Notes under the pieces: generated by a model | The model's input: the letters and a program-made list of their open reading frames with translations, nothing else | What the model was told of the DNA's origin: nothing | The model's database searches: none | Program-made: the position numbers and the translations under genes | Origin: Candidatus Bathyarchaeota archaeon | Lineage (GTDB): Archaea; Thermoproteota; Bathyarchaeia; Bathyarchaeales; Bathycorpusculaceae | Assembly (NCBI GenBank): GCA_963806535.1 | Contig: CAWDYC010000007.1 | Coordinates: 160,001-224,000, forward strand | DNA length: 64,000 nucleotides | Direction: 5' to 3' | Shown here: positions 41,882 through 52,030 of the stretch, in pieces | Layout: every line of letters starts with the position of its first letter | How positions within the stretch are numbered: the first letter of the stretch is position 1

Positions 41882-43290
41882 CGTTTGTCTTTGTCGTTTT
41901 TGACTGTTGTTATGATGACTTTGTTAGCGTAGATTTTTGCGTCTTTAAGTATGATTTTGAATCCGCCGGCCATTATTGGCAGTGTTCCTGCTGTTGCAAC
42001 TGGCATCATTGTGCCTGCTGCTTCTTCGTTAACTTGGACTGCTTGTGCTTCTCGTGCTGGTGCTTCTTCTGCTTCCCATCTTGCAACTACTGGGTGATTC
42101 TTAGCTTTCAGGAATGTTTTGAGTTCTTCTACGTTCTTTGCGTCTTCTTCAGTCGCTATTTTGTCAACTAAGTCTTTGGGTATGAAGTCTTTTACTTTTT
42201 CTTTGACTTCTTTAGGTACCCAAACTATGCGGTTCCATCCACCGTCTGCTGCGAAGAATTTCTTGCTTCTCATGTATTCGATGGACATTCCGTGGAATCC
42301 GTCGATTTGTCTTCCGCCTGCTGCTGAGTCTGCGATGGTGCTGAAGGGTAAGCCGTTTACGGCTGCTCCTTTGAAGCTTCTGTTTACTACTGCTAATCCG
42401 TCGACTTCTGGGACATAGAATGTTACTGCTTCGAAGCATCCGCATGAAGTGTGTGGGTGATCAAATGCTGTGTAGAGCCAAACTTGGTTAACTTCGCCCA
42501 TTGTGCGTTTCTTGGCGGCTTCGTTGACGCCTGAGAATTCACCTTTTTCTTCGTTGATCATTTCGCCTCTTGGAATTGCGAAGACTGGACCTTTCGGGTC
42601 GATGCTTGCTGAGGCTTTGCCGTCAAACCAGCTGATTGCACCGCAGTTGCTGTATCTTTGAGGTGTAATGATGCAGACGTGGCTTGGTGCGAATGATTGA
42701 CATAGAGCACAGCCATAGAATGTGTCGACTTCTGAGTCTTTGAGACCTCTGGCTTTTGCGTCGCGTGATTCATATGCTTGCATTGCTTCAGGGGTCATTT
42801 CCTCTAGTTTTGCTGGGTCGGTTATGAAGGTAATTTGTACTTTCTCAATAATTGGCAGTTCACTCTTGAATAAGCGGTAGAGAACTTTGCCGATTGGTTC
42901 AAAACTGTTTAAGCCTTTTTGGAATGATTTTTTGCCTATGCGTATCCAGATGTCATAGCGCTGGTTTAGGTGCATGAAGCCTTCGATGTAGTTTAGGTAG
43001 CCGTGAATACGCCTTTCAATGACACCTTCGAGGCCTTGGTCGAGTTTTGCGCCTGCAGCTTCAACGAGGATGCCGAATGGGTATGCACCGCCTTCTTTTA
43101 GGTCTTTTAGGTCTGGGCCGATGATGGTGATTTTTCCATCTTCGACTTCATTCATGGGTTTTACTTTTGCTAGTTCAAACTTTTGTTTGACTGTGGGTCC
43201 GCCGAGTTCTACTTGCATGTCATTTCTTCGGATACGTTCGCCTTCGAATATTACGCCAACTTCAACAGGTATATCTTTAAACATTGACAT
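41878..43290 (-). CDS. cdhC: acetyl-CoA synthase beta subunit
   Basis: FEGERIR, GCALCQSFAPSHVC and HTSCGCFE. Confidence 0.97.
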   Translation of the reverse strand: MSMFKDIPVEVGVIFEGERIRRNDMQVELGGPTVKQKFELAKVKPMNEVEDGKITIIGPDLKDLKEGGAYPFGILVEAAGAKLDQGLEGVIERRIHGYLNYIEGFMHLNQRYDIWIRIGKKSFQKGLNSFEPIGKVLYRLFKSELPIIEKVQITFITDPAKLEEMTPEAMQAYESRDAKARGLKDSEVDTFYGCALCQSFAPSHVCIITPQRYSNCGAISWFDGKASASIDPKGPVFAIPRGEMINEEKGEFSGVNEAAKKRTMGEVNQVWLYTAFDHPHTSCGCFEAVTFYVPEVDGLAVVNRSFKGAAVNGLPFSTIADSAAGGRQIDGFHGMSIEYMRSKKFFAADGGWNRIVWVPKEVKEKVKDFIPKDLVDKIATEEDAKNVEELKTFLKAKNHPVVARWEAEEAPAREAQAVQVNEEAAGTMMPVATAGTLPIMAGGFKIILKDAKIYANKVIITTVKNDKDKR

Positions 43291-43293
43291 TTT

Positions 43294-43836
43294 TTAATTT
43301 CCTCCATTAAATTTTGAGGTCATTACTTTGAGATTTGCAGCCCATTCTTCAAGGGTTGCATTTGGGAAAGACCAGCTTGCATGAACATGGAACAGGTTGT
43401 CAAGAGTCATGGTTTTGAGGTCTGGTGCAAAATGTTTGAGTCCACAGAGCATCAATGATTCAACATAGTAAGGTAACCCGACAAACATAACTAGGTCTGG
43501 GTGCCCTTTACCGTCTAAGCCTTGCCAGGTTGGATCAACTACTAGGTTGCCAATTTCCATTGCATTCATGAATGCCGCTGGTTGGTATCCGCGTTTTATG
43601 AATTCGCCAACCATGTGGGCTGTTGCTACAACGGGAACTTTGGAAGCGTTAGCGAAGTCAATTAGATATTCGATTAATTGTTTGCCTTCCATGTACCTTT
43701 CAGTCGCGTTGCTTCCCACAATAAGAAGGGGACGTTGGGCTTTTTTGATCATTGCTACTGCTATCTCGGGTTTTTGAATTGGGTTTGCTTTTTTAGTTGA
43801 GGCTATTTCTGCACATTGCCATGGTTCACAGGACAT
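43294..43836 (-). CDS. cdhB: CODH/ACS epsilon subunit
   Basis: IKKAQRPLLIVG, WQGLDGKG and ASWSFPN. Confidence 0.93.
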   Translation of the reverse strand: MSCEPWQCAEIASTKKANPIQKPEIAVAMIKKAQRPLLIVGSNATERYMEGKQLIEYLIDFANASKVPVVATAHMVGEFIKRGYQPAAFMNAMEIGNLVVDPTWQGLDGKGHPDLVMFVGLPYYVESLMLCGLKHFAPDLKTMTLDNLFHVHASWSFPNATLEEWAANLKVMTSKFNGGN

Positions 43837-46201
43837 AGTTTATCTCTCCATTTACTCCTTCATTTTTCGGACCATTCTTGGAAGCAAGTGTTGGGTCCGG
43901 AATTACTGTTTCTTTCCAGTCGTGTGCTTCAAGTATCTTCGTGAATTCGTCTTTCATGGTCATTGGGACATCAGCCATTGTTCTCACGAATAGATGCAAG
44001 TCATTTGGCATAACTCCTAAGTATCGTTTGCTTAAGTCAACGTAGTGGCTTAGTTTTATGCTGCGTCCTTTCCATGTGTCGTTTGGTCTAATGCAAAGTT
44101 TTGCGATTGCAACCATACATTCCTCTTTGGTTTCAACTGAGTTGAAGAGGTGTTCTGGTGCTGGTCCGACTCTAACTTTGTCGCCTGTACGTGCATCGTA
44201 AACTTCAAAGTCTTCTGGTTTGTCTTCTCTGCCAAGGAGCATACGACGATACTTTACTCCGTGTGGACCGACGAGGACTGGTATCCCTAAGCGCCAGAAT
44301 CCTGCTGCGATTGATGCTGCTTTCTGGGAGTATGCGCCCCAAGCTAAGCCGACTGCACCTAAGCGGTTGTGGATGTAATCTGCGATTTCTTCATAGTTGC
44401 CTCTTAATGGGCGTTTGGCGAAGATGTTTGCTACTTTGATAGCTGCACCTGCAATATGGCTGTTTGAAACACATGAGCCTACGTTTAGGACTCCTCCAGC
44501 TTCGAATCCGCCTGGGAATTCTTCGTAGAGGGTTTTGCCTTCGCTGTTGCGGTAGCTGCCTGCAGACATTGCTGAGCATCCTGACAATGCAACGATGTAC
44601 CGTCTGCTTGCGAATTCTCTGCAAATGTCATAGACGTCTTTGCCGCCTTTTGGATAGTTACTACATCCTACTACTGCTACAATTCCCGGAATTTCTCCAA
44701 GGACGATTGGGCTGCCGACGTTGCGGATTTCGACATCTGAAACTGCGCCTCTGCCCACTCGGCATAGGTTGTCTTCGCAGAGCATGGCTTTTTCGCCTGC
44801 TTTAATGATTAGGCTGTGTATCATGATTTTTTGTGGGCACGCTTCTTCGCATCTTCCGCATCCGATACAGGTCTCATATAGGTCGGTTAATAGGGATAGG
44901 TCACCTTTTGCTGCTGCTTTCATGGCTGCTGGAATAGCGTAGTCTTGCGGACAATTACGTTGACAAGACTTGCATTGAGTGCAGGTCTTTGCAATCTGCT
45001 GAAGTTCTTCTAAACTTGGAAGAACGTTCTTTTTCTTGCGGATTGGAGCGACTTTTTGGGCAACGCGAACTGCGACTTCGCCGACTTTTTCGGCGTCGAG
45101 AATTAGTACGCCTTTGACCTTACCGCTTACGAGGTCAGCAACAATTTCGTCTGCTGGGTCGTTAGTGCGGTTCTTGAAACCCACACAGTTCTTTTCTGAT
45201 GCTGCGATGACTGGTGTGTTAACTTTAGTGGCTTCGTCATAGACATCTGTTCGGATACATTGTTCGTCGAGTACAACTACGTCTGCTAAGCCTGCACGTA
45301 TGAACCTTAACTCCCAGCTTATTGGACCGACTATTTTTGCACGATTATAGTATCGAGTCGTATCAAGAGCAGTACAGCATAAACCCACAATCTCAATTTT
45401 GTCATCGACTTTGTTGTCTTTTGCGTAATCGATGATTCCGACTGAGGGCATAACGTTGTGGCCGATGCACATAATAACGGGTTTGGTTCTGTCAACGCTT
45501 GCGATGCCTAATTTAACGAGTGGCGCTTCCGGGTCTGCTTTTGGAAAGCCTAAGGCGGAGATTTGTGCGATATCACCGACTTCCATGCCTACATGGTCAA
45601 TCATGCCAACGTGAAAAGCTTTTGATTCAAAGTCTAAATTGTTGCTTTCTTGACCGGTGTGTCCTACCGCAAGGATTTGTGTGATTTGTTCTTCGGTATA
45701 AGTTAAAATATCATCTAAGTCGCCGAGTGTTTCAGGCTTTATACCAGTAACAAGACGACTAACCGGGGCTTCAACTTTTACGTTTAATCCGCCGACGTCT
45801 AAGGGGTATCTTCGGCCATATTTTTCAATTAAGGAGTGAAGAAGGTGACGTGAGTGGGCTGTGTGACAGGCTGCTCCAATTGCACAAGCTAACATCACAA
45901 TACGAGATGATTGAGTTGCGATGTCTATACCACATGCACCGCGTTTTCCAGCTGTCAAATCGCATTTTCCAAAAGTGCAAAGACAACAAAGATCACAATC
46001 AGGCATGTAGAAGGGTTTGTACTTGTTGAGAAGCTTCATGTCCCAGTCCCGAAGGGCAGTCATGGAGGGCATTGGTGTTGGACCCATGGGCTCAGTATAG
46101 TTATCGTTAATAACCTTGCCAATGGATAATTCAAAGTTTTTAATTTGACCATTACTGGTCTTCATTTCGTCTATTTTTACATGGACGTTTTTAGTTGTCA
46201 A
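43826..46201 (-). CDS. cdhA: CO dehydrogenase alpha subunit (probable indel in the last codons)
   Basis: CDLCCLCTFGKC, GHNV, GLCCT, two extra 4Fe-4S motifs, GCS, GSCVSNSH and WGAYSQKA. Confidence 0.97.
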   Translation of the reverse strand: MTTKNVHVKIDEMKTSNGQIKNFELSIGKVINDNYTEPMGPTPMPSMTALRDWDMKLLNKYKPFYMPDCDLCCLCTFGKCDLTAGKRGACGIDIATQSSRIVMLACAIGAACHTAHSRHLLHSLIEKYGRRYPLDVGGLNVKVEAPVSRLVTGIKPETLGDLDDILTYTEEQITQILAVGHTGQESNNLDFESKAFHVGMIDHVGMEVGDIAQISALGFPKADPEAPLVKLGIASVDRTKPVIMCIGHNVMPSVGIIDYAKDNKVDDKIEIVGLCCTALDTTRYYNRAKIVGPISWELRFIRAGLADVVVLDEQCIRTDVYDEATKVNTPVIAASEKNCVGFKNRTNDPADEIVADLVSGKVKGVLILDAEKVGEVAVRVAQKVAPIRKKKNVLPSLEELQQIAKTCTQCKSCQRNCPQDYAIPAAMKAAAKGDLSLLTDLYETCIGCGRCEEACPQKIMIHSLIIKAGEKAMLCEDNLCRVGRGAVSDVEIRNVGSPIVLGEIPGIVAVVGCSNYPKGGKDVYDICREFASRRYIVALSGCSAMSAGSYRNSEGKTLYEEFPGGFEAGGVLNVGSCVSNSHIAGAAIKVANIFAKRPLRGNYEEIADYIHNRLGAVGLAWGAYSQKAASIAAGFWRLGIPVLVGPHGVKYRRMLLGREDKPEDFEVYDARTGDKVRVGPAPEHLFNSVETKEECMVAIAKLCIRPNDTWKGRSIKLSHYVDLSKRYLGVMPNDLHLFVRTMADVPMTMKDEFTKILEAHDWKETVIPDPTLASKNGPKNEGVNGEINYVL

Positions 46202-46338
46202 ATTGGAAACCTCTGTAAAGGTTTACGTGTATGCTGCATTACAATCTTTTTAAACCTTTCCAGATTTCTTAGGCAAAAGTCACGGTGTAGATATAGAAAT
46301 GCAATGATTCTTAAAAAATAATGTAAAAAAGGCGTGGA

Positions 46339-47103
46339 CTATAGGTAACCCAAAGTCTTCAGTATTTCCTTCACTGAGAGGTATGCTTTGTTGTCTTTTG
46401 GCAAGTCAATCAAGGATTTCCCGTTAAGTACATAATCATCTAATTGTTCGTCGTCAGCGATTTTTCCTAAGTATTTGAATTTTAAGTCAGTTTCAGCCTG
46501 TTTGCCAAGTTCTGTGGGAAAACGGTAGCCACCGACCAAGTAAAAGTTATCATATTTCATGTCAACTTCTTTAACTATTCTAACAGCACGTTTTACGTGG
46601 TCAAGAGACTTCTTTGAGTGATCAAGAATGTCGAATATGTCACTGACTGTTGAAGTGATACGTCTGTTGAGGTTTTCTAGTCCTGCTGGCGAATCAATGA
46701 GTATGTATTTGTAATTCTTTGTCAACGATTCTAAAGCCCCTTTCAAAGCGGAATTTGGCATACAGTAGCAGCCTTCAACCCATTTTGTTCCGACTGAAAG
46801 GAAATCAAAATTCTTGCTTTCATACAAGCCTTTTTCCCAAATTCTGCTTTCAATTCGCTCCGTTGGGGGAACGCCGACTGTTGTGCCACCCTGCTCAATG
46901 AAGGTGCTTACCAAGAGTTCGGCGATAGTTGATTTTCCAGCCTCTTTCAAGTCTACTCCGATCATTTCAGCAAGATTCTGATCTGGATCAGCATCAACCA
47001 ACAGCAAGGGTGATTGATTGGTTTCGATAAATGCCTTTGCCATTAAGGCTGTGAAACTTGATTTACCTGTTCCACCACGTCCAACTGTTACAAGAGTTTT
47101 CAT
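46339..47103 (-). CDS. CooC/AcsF-type nickel-insertion ATPase
   Basis: GRGGTGKS, VDADPD and GCYC. Confidence 0.9.
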   Translation of the reverse strand: MKTLVTVGRGGTGKSSFTALMAKAFIETNQSPLLLVDADPDQNLAEMIGVDLKEAGKSTIAELLVSTFIEQGGTTVGVPPTERIESRIWEKGLYESKNFDFLSVGTKWVEGCYCMPNSALKGALESLTKNYKYILIDSPAGLENLNRRITSTVSDIFDILDHSKKSLDHVKRAVRIVKEVDMKYDNFYLVGGYRFPTELGKQAETDLKFKYLGKIADDEQLDDYVLNGKSLIDLPKDNKAYLSVKEILKTLGYL

Positions 47104-47122
47104 TTAATAAAACCTCAAAGTC

Positions 47123-47911
47123 TTATGCTGTTTTCTTAATCAAAAGCTCACATATATCATCTATGGTCTTAACTGCTAAGATTTCTTTGTTTTTAAGCGG
47201 GGTTACGCCAAGCATATCAGCCTCGATAACCTTTTGATCGTAAGGTACAAAGGAAAGCAGGGAAAGCCCGTTTTTGTCTGCAAAGCTTTGAATTGCCTCT
47301 TTTTGAGTGTCATTCATCACTCTGTTTCCGATGAGGTAGAGCTGTTTCATTCCAGCCTGTGACGCCAGGTCATGAATATGTTTGGCAATTTCAAGTGATT
47401 TCAAATTGGAATCCGCGACGATGAGTAATGCGTCGACTTGTCTCGCGGTTCCTCTTCCGATGTGTTCTACACCTGCCTCTAAGTCCATAACAACAGCTTC
47501 ATTCCGCTCAACCACAAGGTGCCTTAGCAATGCGCGGATGACCGCGTTTGGGGCACACATGCAGCCTGCCTCCATAGCCTGTACCGTGCCCATAACAATC
47601 AAGTTTACTCCCATCGGAGTGGCTATAGAGTAGTCTCTAACGATGTCATCAACAGTGAAATTCAAATTATAAACACTATTGTAACCTGTGCTTGTTTTAG
47701 ACTCTACTAGAGGCTTATTCTCTGTAATGGGCACTATTTTGCGGGTTTCCTGAGCCGACAACCCCAGAGTCAAACCTAAGTTCGGAGATGAATCAGCGTC
47801 TATCGCGATAGTTTTTAATCCGCGTTCAACAAAACCGCGTGCTAAACCGCCTGCAATCAAGGTTTTGCCAACGCCGCCTTTACCAGAAACTGCTACCTTC
47901 ATTCGATTCAC
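47123..47911 (-). CDS. cooC: CooC nickel-insertion ATPase
   Basis: SGKGGVGKT, IDADS, GCMC and MDLEAGVEH. Confidence 0.92.
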   Translation of the reverse strand: MNRMKVAVSGKGGVGKTLIAGGLARGFVERGLKTIAIDADSSPNLGLTLGLSAQETRKIVPITENKPLVESKTSTGYNSVYNLNFTVDDIVRDYSIATPMGVNLIVMGTVQAMEAGCMCAPNAVIRALLRHLVVERNEAVVMDLEAGVEHIGRGTARQVDALLIVADSNLKSLEIAKHIHDLASQAGMKQLYLIGNRVMNDTQKEAIQSFADKNGLSLLSFVPYDQKVIEADMLGVTPLKNKEILAVKTIDDICELLIKKTA

Positions 47912-48057
47912 GTACTTAAATAAATTTAAGTAAACATTAATTTACGTTTCTTTAAAATTAAAAAATTCAATTCAATTCTATACATAAATTTTTAAGTCTT
48001 TAGCTTTTACTTGATACTGGTCATTACCAAGAGAACTTTTTTCGCCAAAATTAGGAG

Positions 48058-48351
48058 GTGAATTATTTGTTATATGAAGCAACTCACACTCATCCTGCCA
48101 CTCAATGTCCCCTGTTGAGTTCAGAAGGTAAAGCAATGCTTAAGCAACTATTCAGCGCCGGCAACATCAAAAAATCAGGAATCAATTTAGTTGCAGCCTA
48201 CATGAGCTGCCCAGCAGACACATCAGCTGACCATAAAGGTTTTTTCACGATAGAGGCAGATAACCCGACAACAGTTTCAAAATACTTCGGTCAAATGGCA
48301 GTTGAAGTAAGACCAGTGCAACCCTTAAGCGAAGTAGCAAAAAAATTATAG
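48058..48351 (+). CDS. hypothetical protein (His/Cys motif HTHPATQCP)
   Basis: 97-aa ORF with an AGGAGG upstream. Confidence 0.65.
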   Translation: MNYLLYEATHTHPATQCPLLSSEGKAMLKQLFSAGNIKKSGINLVAAYMSCPADTSADHKGFFTIEADNPTTVSKYFGQMAVEVRPVQPLSEVAKKL

Positions 48352-48443
48352 AAACAAAACACATCAAGGATTCTGAACCATAGCTTTCCGAATTCAAGTC
48401 GCATAAGCGCTGATATTCCTACATAATCCCCTATTTTAATCCC

Positions 48444-48773
48444 TTATCCGTATGTAATGCGCTCAAATACTTCTTTTCTTAGAGTATTTACAAGTTCAGG
48501 TGTTAAGGCATCAACGACCGTGTATATTCTGGCGTCAACAATTGAGTACATACGTTTAGTTCCATCCTTTCTGCATCGCACTATTCCAGAATCTTTTAAG
48601 ATTTTCAGGTGACGTGAAACGAGCGGTTGAATAAGATTCAGATGAGGAATTATCTGACAAACGCATTTTTCGCCATCGCGCAGATAAAATATTATTTCTA
48701 ACCTAATTGGATCTGCAAGTGAATGGAAAACCGTGGAAATGAATCTGTTTTGATTGTCTGCTTTGGAAGCCAT
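48444..48773 (-). CDS. ArsR/SmtB-family regulator
   Basis: FHSLADPIRLEI, EKCVCQI and VSRHLKILKDSG. Confidence 0.92.
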   Translation of the reverse strand: MASKADNQNRFISTVFHSLADPIRLEIIFYLRDGEKCVCQIIPHLNLIQPLVSRHLKILKDSGIVRCRKDGTKRMYSIVDARIYTVVDALTPELVNTLRKEVFERITYG

Positions 48774-48940
48774 GATTTCCCTAAAATCATAACTATATTT
48801 AAAATTTGCTATTTTTTTAAGTATTAATATGTTAGAGAATCGAATAGTCAACAAATTAGTCGTATATCACAGTAGTAAAGAAAAATGAGTCACTGAAAAT
48901 ATATCAAAATATAAATATAACAATATAGTCTTTTTTCTGC

Positions 48941-50263
48941 ATGAAGAAAGCAAACCGTGCCCTAAAACTTCTCATTATTTTTATTTTGTCATTATCAGCA
49001 TTCTCTGGCATGCTATTATCTCAAGTCTCGATAGTATCTGCTAATTCCTCCGACAATTGGTCAATGTTTCACCATGATCTAGTTCATTCAGGCTATTCAA
49101 CCAGTACATCAACAGCAACCTCTTCCACTTTACTTTGGAACTTTACAACCAACAGTGTAGTTTCGGCGTCTCCAGCAGTTGTTGATGGGCGCGTTTACAT
49201 CGGCTCTGATGGCGGAGTCGCCTACTGCCTTGACGCGTCAACTGGCGCCGAAATATGGAACTATACATCCCAAGCCACAACTAATGCTCATTTCGGGGAA
49301 GGTTCAGCAATAGGCTCTTCAATGGCGGTCGCCGAAGGCAAAGTATACTTCGGATGTTACGACCGAAACGTCTACTGTCTCGATGCTTCCACAGGTAACA
49401 AAATTTGGAATTATACAACAGGAAACACCGTTGAATCCTGTCCATCCATCTCTAACGGTTATGTGTACGTTGGTTCTTGGGACGGAAACGTCTATTGTCT
49501 AGATGCTTTAACAGGAAGCAAGATTTGGAACTACACAACTGGAAGCCAAGTAGAATCGTCCCCATCTATTGTAGACGGCAAAGTCTATGTTGGATCAGTC
49601 GACAGTTATGTTTACTGTTTGGACGCGTCTACTGGCGACAAAATCTGGAGTTACAAAACAGGGAATCTTGTGCAATCTACTCCGGCAGTTGTTGATGGGC
49701 GTGTTTACATTGGCTCCGAAGATATGTACGTCTACTGTCTTGATGCTGCGACTGGAGTACAATTATGGAATTTCTCAGCCTCAGGATGGGTTGACTCATC
49801 CCCAGCAGTAGTCAATGGTTATGTTTATGTCGGATGCGCCGTTGTGGACCCGGCTCAAAATGATCTTCCTTCAAACCTTTACTGCCTTAAAGCGTCGACC
49901 GGTGAGAAAGTTTGGAATTATACTATGAAGGGAGGGGCTAGTTTTTCATCTCCTGCAGTTGCAAACGGCTACGTGTACATGGGTGATTGGGCTCACAATG
50001 TATATTGCCTTGACGCATCAACGGGCGCTGAAGTGTGGACCTTTGAGACCCAAAACCATGTGAATTCTTCTCCTGCTATTGCAGATGGCAACGTCTACGT
50101 GGGGTCTTGGGATCATATTGTTTACGCCTTCGGCAACGCTAAAGAGGAAGTTTCGCCGTCAGGTTCGCTGTCTACAGAAAGCATTTACCTCATAGTTGTA
50201 ATAATCGCTGCCTTATGTGTCATCGTCGGAGCCATTCTATTGTTAAGACAAAGAAAACACTGA
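48941..50263 (+). CDS. PQQ-like beta-propeller repeat surface protein
   Basis: Signal peptide, WSMFHHD, eight SSPAV..VYVGS.D..VYCLDASTG..W repeats and a C-terminal TM with basic tail. Confidence 0.92.
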   Translation: MKKANRALKLLIIFILSLSAFSGMLLSQVSIVSANSSDNWSMFHHDLVHSGYSTSTSTATSSTLLWNFTTNSVVSASPAVVDGRVYIGSDGGVAYCLDASTGAEIWNYTSQATTNAHFGEGSAIGSSMAVAEGKVYFGCYDRNVYCLDASTGNKIWNYTTGNTVESCPSISNGYVYVGSWDGNVYCLDALTGSKIWNYTTGSQVESSPSIVDGKVYVGSVDSYVYCLDASTGDKIWSYKTGNLVQSTPAVVDGRVYIGSEDMYVYCLDAATGVQLWNFSASGWVDSSPAVVNGYVYVGCAVVDPAQNDLPSNLYCLKASTGEKVWNYTMKGGASFSSPAVANGYVYMGDWAHNVYCLDASTGAEVWTFETQNHVNSSPAIADGNVYVGSWDHIVYAFGNAKEEVSPSGSLSTESIYLIVVIIAALCVIVGAILLLRQRKH

Positions 50264-50422
50264 TTTTCCTAATTTCCTAACGCCAATGTATCTTTTTTAA
50301 GGAATGAATTCCCTATAATTGACGAGCACAATGGTGTTAGCAGCTTGAAAAATATCAATAACAATATTTAAATATTGTTAATGTGCTAAATGAATTTAGA
50401 TAACCCCAGTAAGTGACAATTT

Positions 50423-50707
50423 ATGTCTGAAGAAACATATGAAGGAGTTCCTCGAACCAAAATAACTTGGGACCCAAAGATAGACTACGACAAATGTATT
50501 ACTTGTGGAAAATGCGTAGATTTCTGCCACATGGGCACTTACAAATTTGAAGACAAAGATGGCAAAAAAAGAACGGTCGTTAACCCCAATACATGCATCG
50601 TGCTCTGTAGAGGTTGTGAAGACATTTGTCCTGTCGATGCCATCACACATCCCTCAGAAGAGGAAACTCAAAAGATAATTGGCAAATTGCAAAAAGCCAA
50701 AGCTTAA
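50423..50707 (+). CDS. 4Fe-4S ferredoxin
   Basis: CITCGKCVDFC and CIVLCRGCEDICP. Confidence 0.9.
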   Translation: MSEETYEGVPRTKITWDPKIDYDKCITCGKCVDFCHMGTYKFEDKDGKKRTVVNPNTCIVLCRGCEDICPVDAITHPSEEETQKIIGKLQKAKA

Positions 50708-50738
50708 CCAAGTCGTCAAATACCATCCGTCATCAAAA

Positions 50739-51185
50739 TTAGAGAAGTCCAAAAATGTGGATCAAGGCACCGTTAACTATGGAAATGACCCATATAATGA
50801 AAGTGGGCATCATCCACTTCTTCCATAGTGCACAGGTCATTTTTGAAGGACCTTTCCGTAACCATGCAGTAACTAGAATGATACCTAAAACCTCTGCCGC
50901 TGTCCCCAAAACCACATGAGACCACACAGTTATAGAAGCCGAGAACGAAAGCCCGTCAAATTCATTAACACCTCCCAGAAAAGTTGGAATCATCACTAAG
51001 AAGATAAGAATAGTATGAAGAATTAGCGCAGCTAAAGTTGAGTAGCCATGACGGATAAAATTTTTTTGGCCACTTGGTCCCCTTGACAAGGGAAGACCTA
51101 AAATTAACAGAAACAAAATCGCGATCTGAATAGACAAGCTAACATTGCCCACAGGATCAAGAGCCATAGCTACAATGCTAAACAA
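50739..51185 (-). CDS. four-TM membrane protein (DUF420-like, conserved His)
   Basis: Four hydrophobic helices with His residues. Confidence 0.7.
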   Translation of the reverse strand: MFSIVAMALDPVGNVSLSIQIAILFLLILGLPLSRGPSGQKNFIRHGYSTLAALILHTILIFLVMIPTFLGGVNEFDGLSFSASITVWSHVVLGTAAEVLGIILVTAWLRKGPSKMTCALWKKWMMPTFIIWVISIVNGALIHIFGLL

Positions 51186-51813
51186 TTAAATGAACCTCCA
51201 ACTCTTCAAACCAAAAAAGAGCGAGCAATTTCAATTAGCAACAGTTCCTGAACTATAAAGGTTATTCCTTAGGCAAGGGCATAAACTTTTTTCCAAATTC
51301 AGCAATTGAAAATAAAGGTCACACCGATAAGCGTGCCATAATTAGGTTGACTCTTTTCTGATTATTTACGTTTTACGCTAAGCTCTGGGTCAGCAAGCGT
51401 TGTGAAGATCCCCAAGCCAAACTATACATTTTCCCAGCAAACGTTTGTCATTGTTTCTCTATCCTAACCGAATGTTTCTTAACAAATTTTTCAAGTCGAC
51501 TAATCGTAATATTACTTATTCTTAGGATCTATTTCGAGGTAATTATATGATAGATAACGTTGAGGCTGTCTGAGTAAGTCATAGGTGTTTCTTGGCTAAT
51601 ATCCCATGATTCCAATTCACAAGAAACGTTTTTTATCACTTCAATTAGATACTCTAATCGTTATGCTTTAACATGCAACTTCACCGGATCAAGTAAAACT
51701 TTGAATTTACGGCTTATGTAACGTTAGGCTCTCTTGCTTAAGGATACCTGTTCAGGGCAAAAATAACAAATACTTGAGCCTTAATTTTTTCACTAGCATT
51801 TGAATTGGTTAGT

Positions 51814-52030
51814 TTGGATAGAAATCAAACCTCCGATGACTTCAGCACTCTATCAATAGATGAAACTTTGAGCCGATTGCAGAGCAATCCAACGATAGGT
51901 TTCATGCAAACAGAAGTAAAACAGAGAATCGAATGATATAGGCAGAATGGGCTTCTATCAGACATAGCAAACTTGGCGGTTTTCTTGGCAAGCGACGAAT
52001 CCAACTACATAACAGGTCAATGCATTACAC
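51814..52030 (+). pseudogene. fused remnants of a P-type ATPase N-terminus and an SDR C-terminus
   Basis: FSTLSIDETLSRLQSNPTIGFMQTEVKQRIE*, then GRMG..DIANLAVF and LASDESNYITGQCI. Confidence 0.6.

Noticed and set aside
17434-46201. Many frameshifts (cgi121, ABCE1, top6A, purM/L/Q/D/F, ehaR/S, cdhE, cdhA end) read as pseudogenisation or programmed frameshifting
   Set aside because: They hit essential genes, mostly as single extra bases and often beside short homopolymers, while the flanking protein sequence stays conserved. This fits long-read consensus error and can be checked by polishing.
48941-50263. Tandem ~120-bp DNA repeats read as a CRISPR or repeat array
   Set aside because: They are in-frame coding repeats of a PQQ-type beta-propeller, with no spacers or cas genes.
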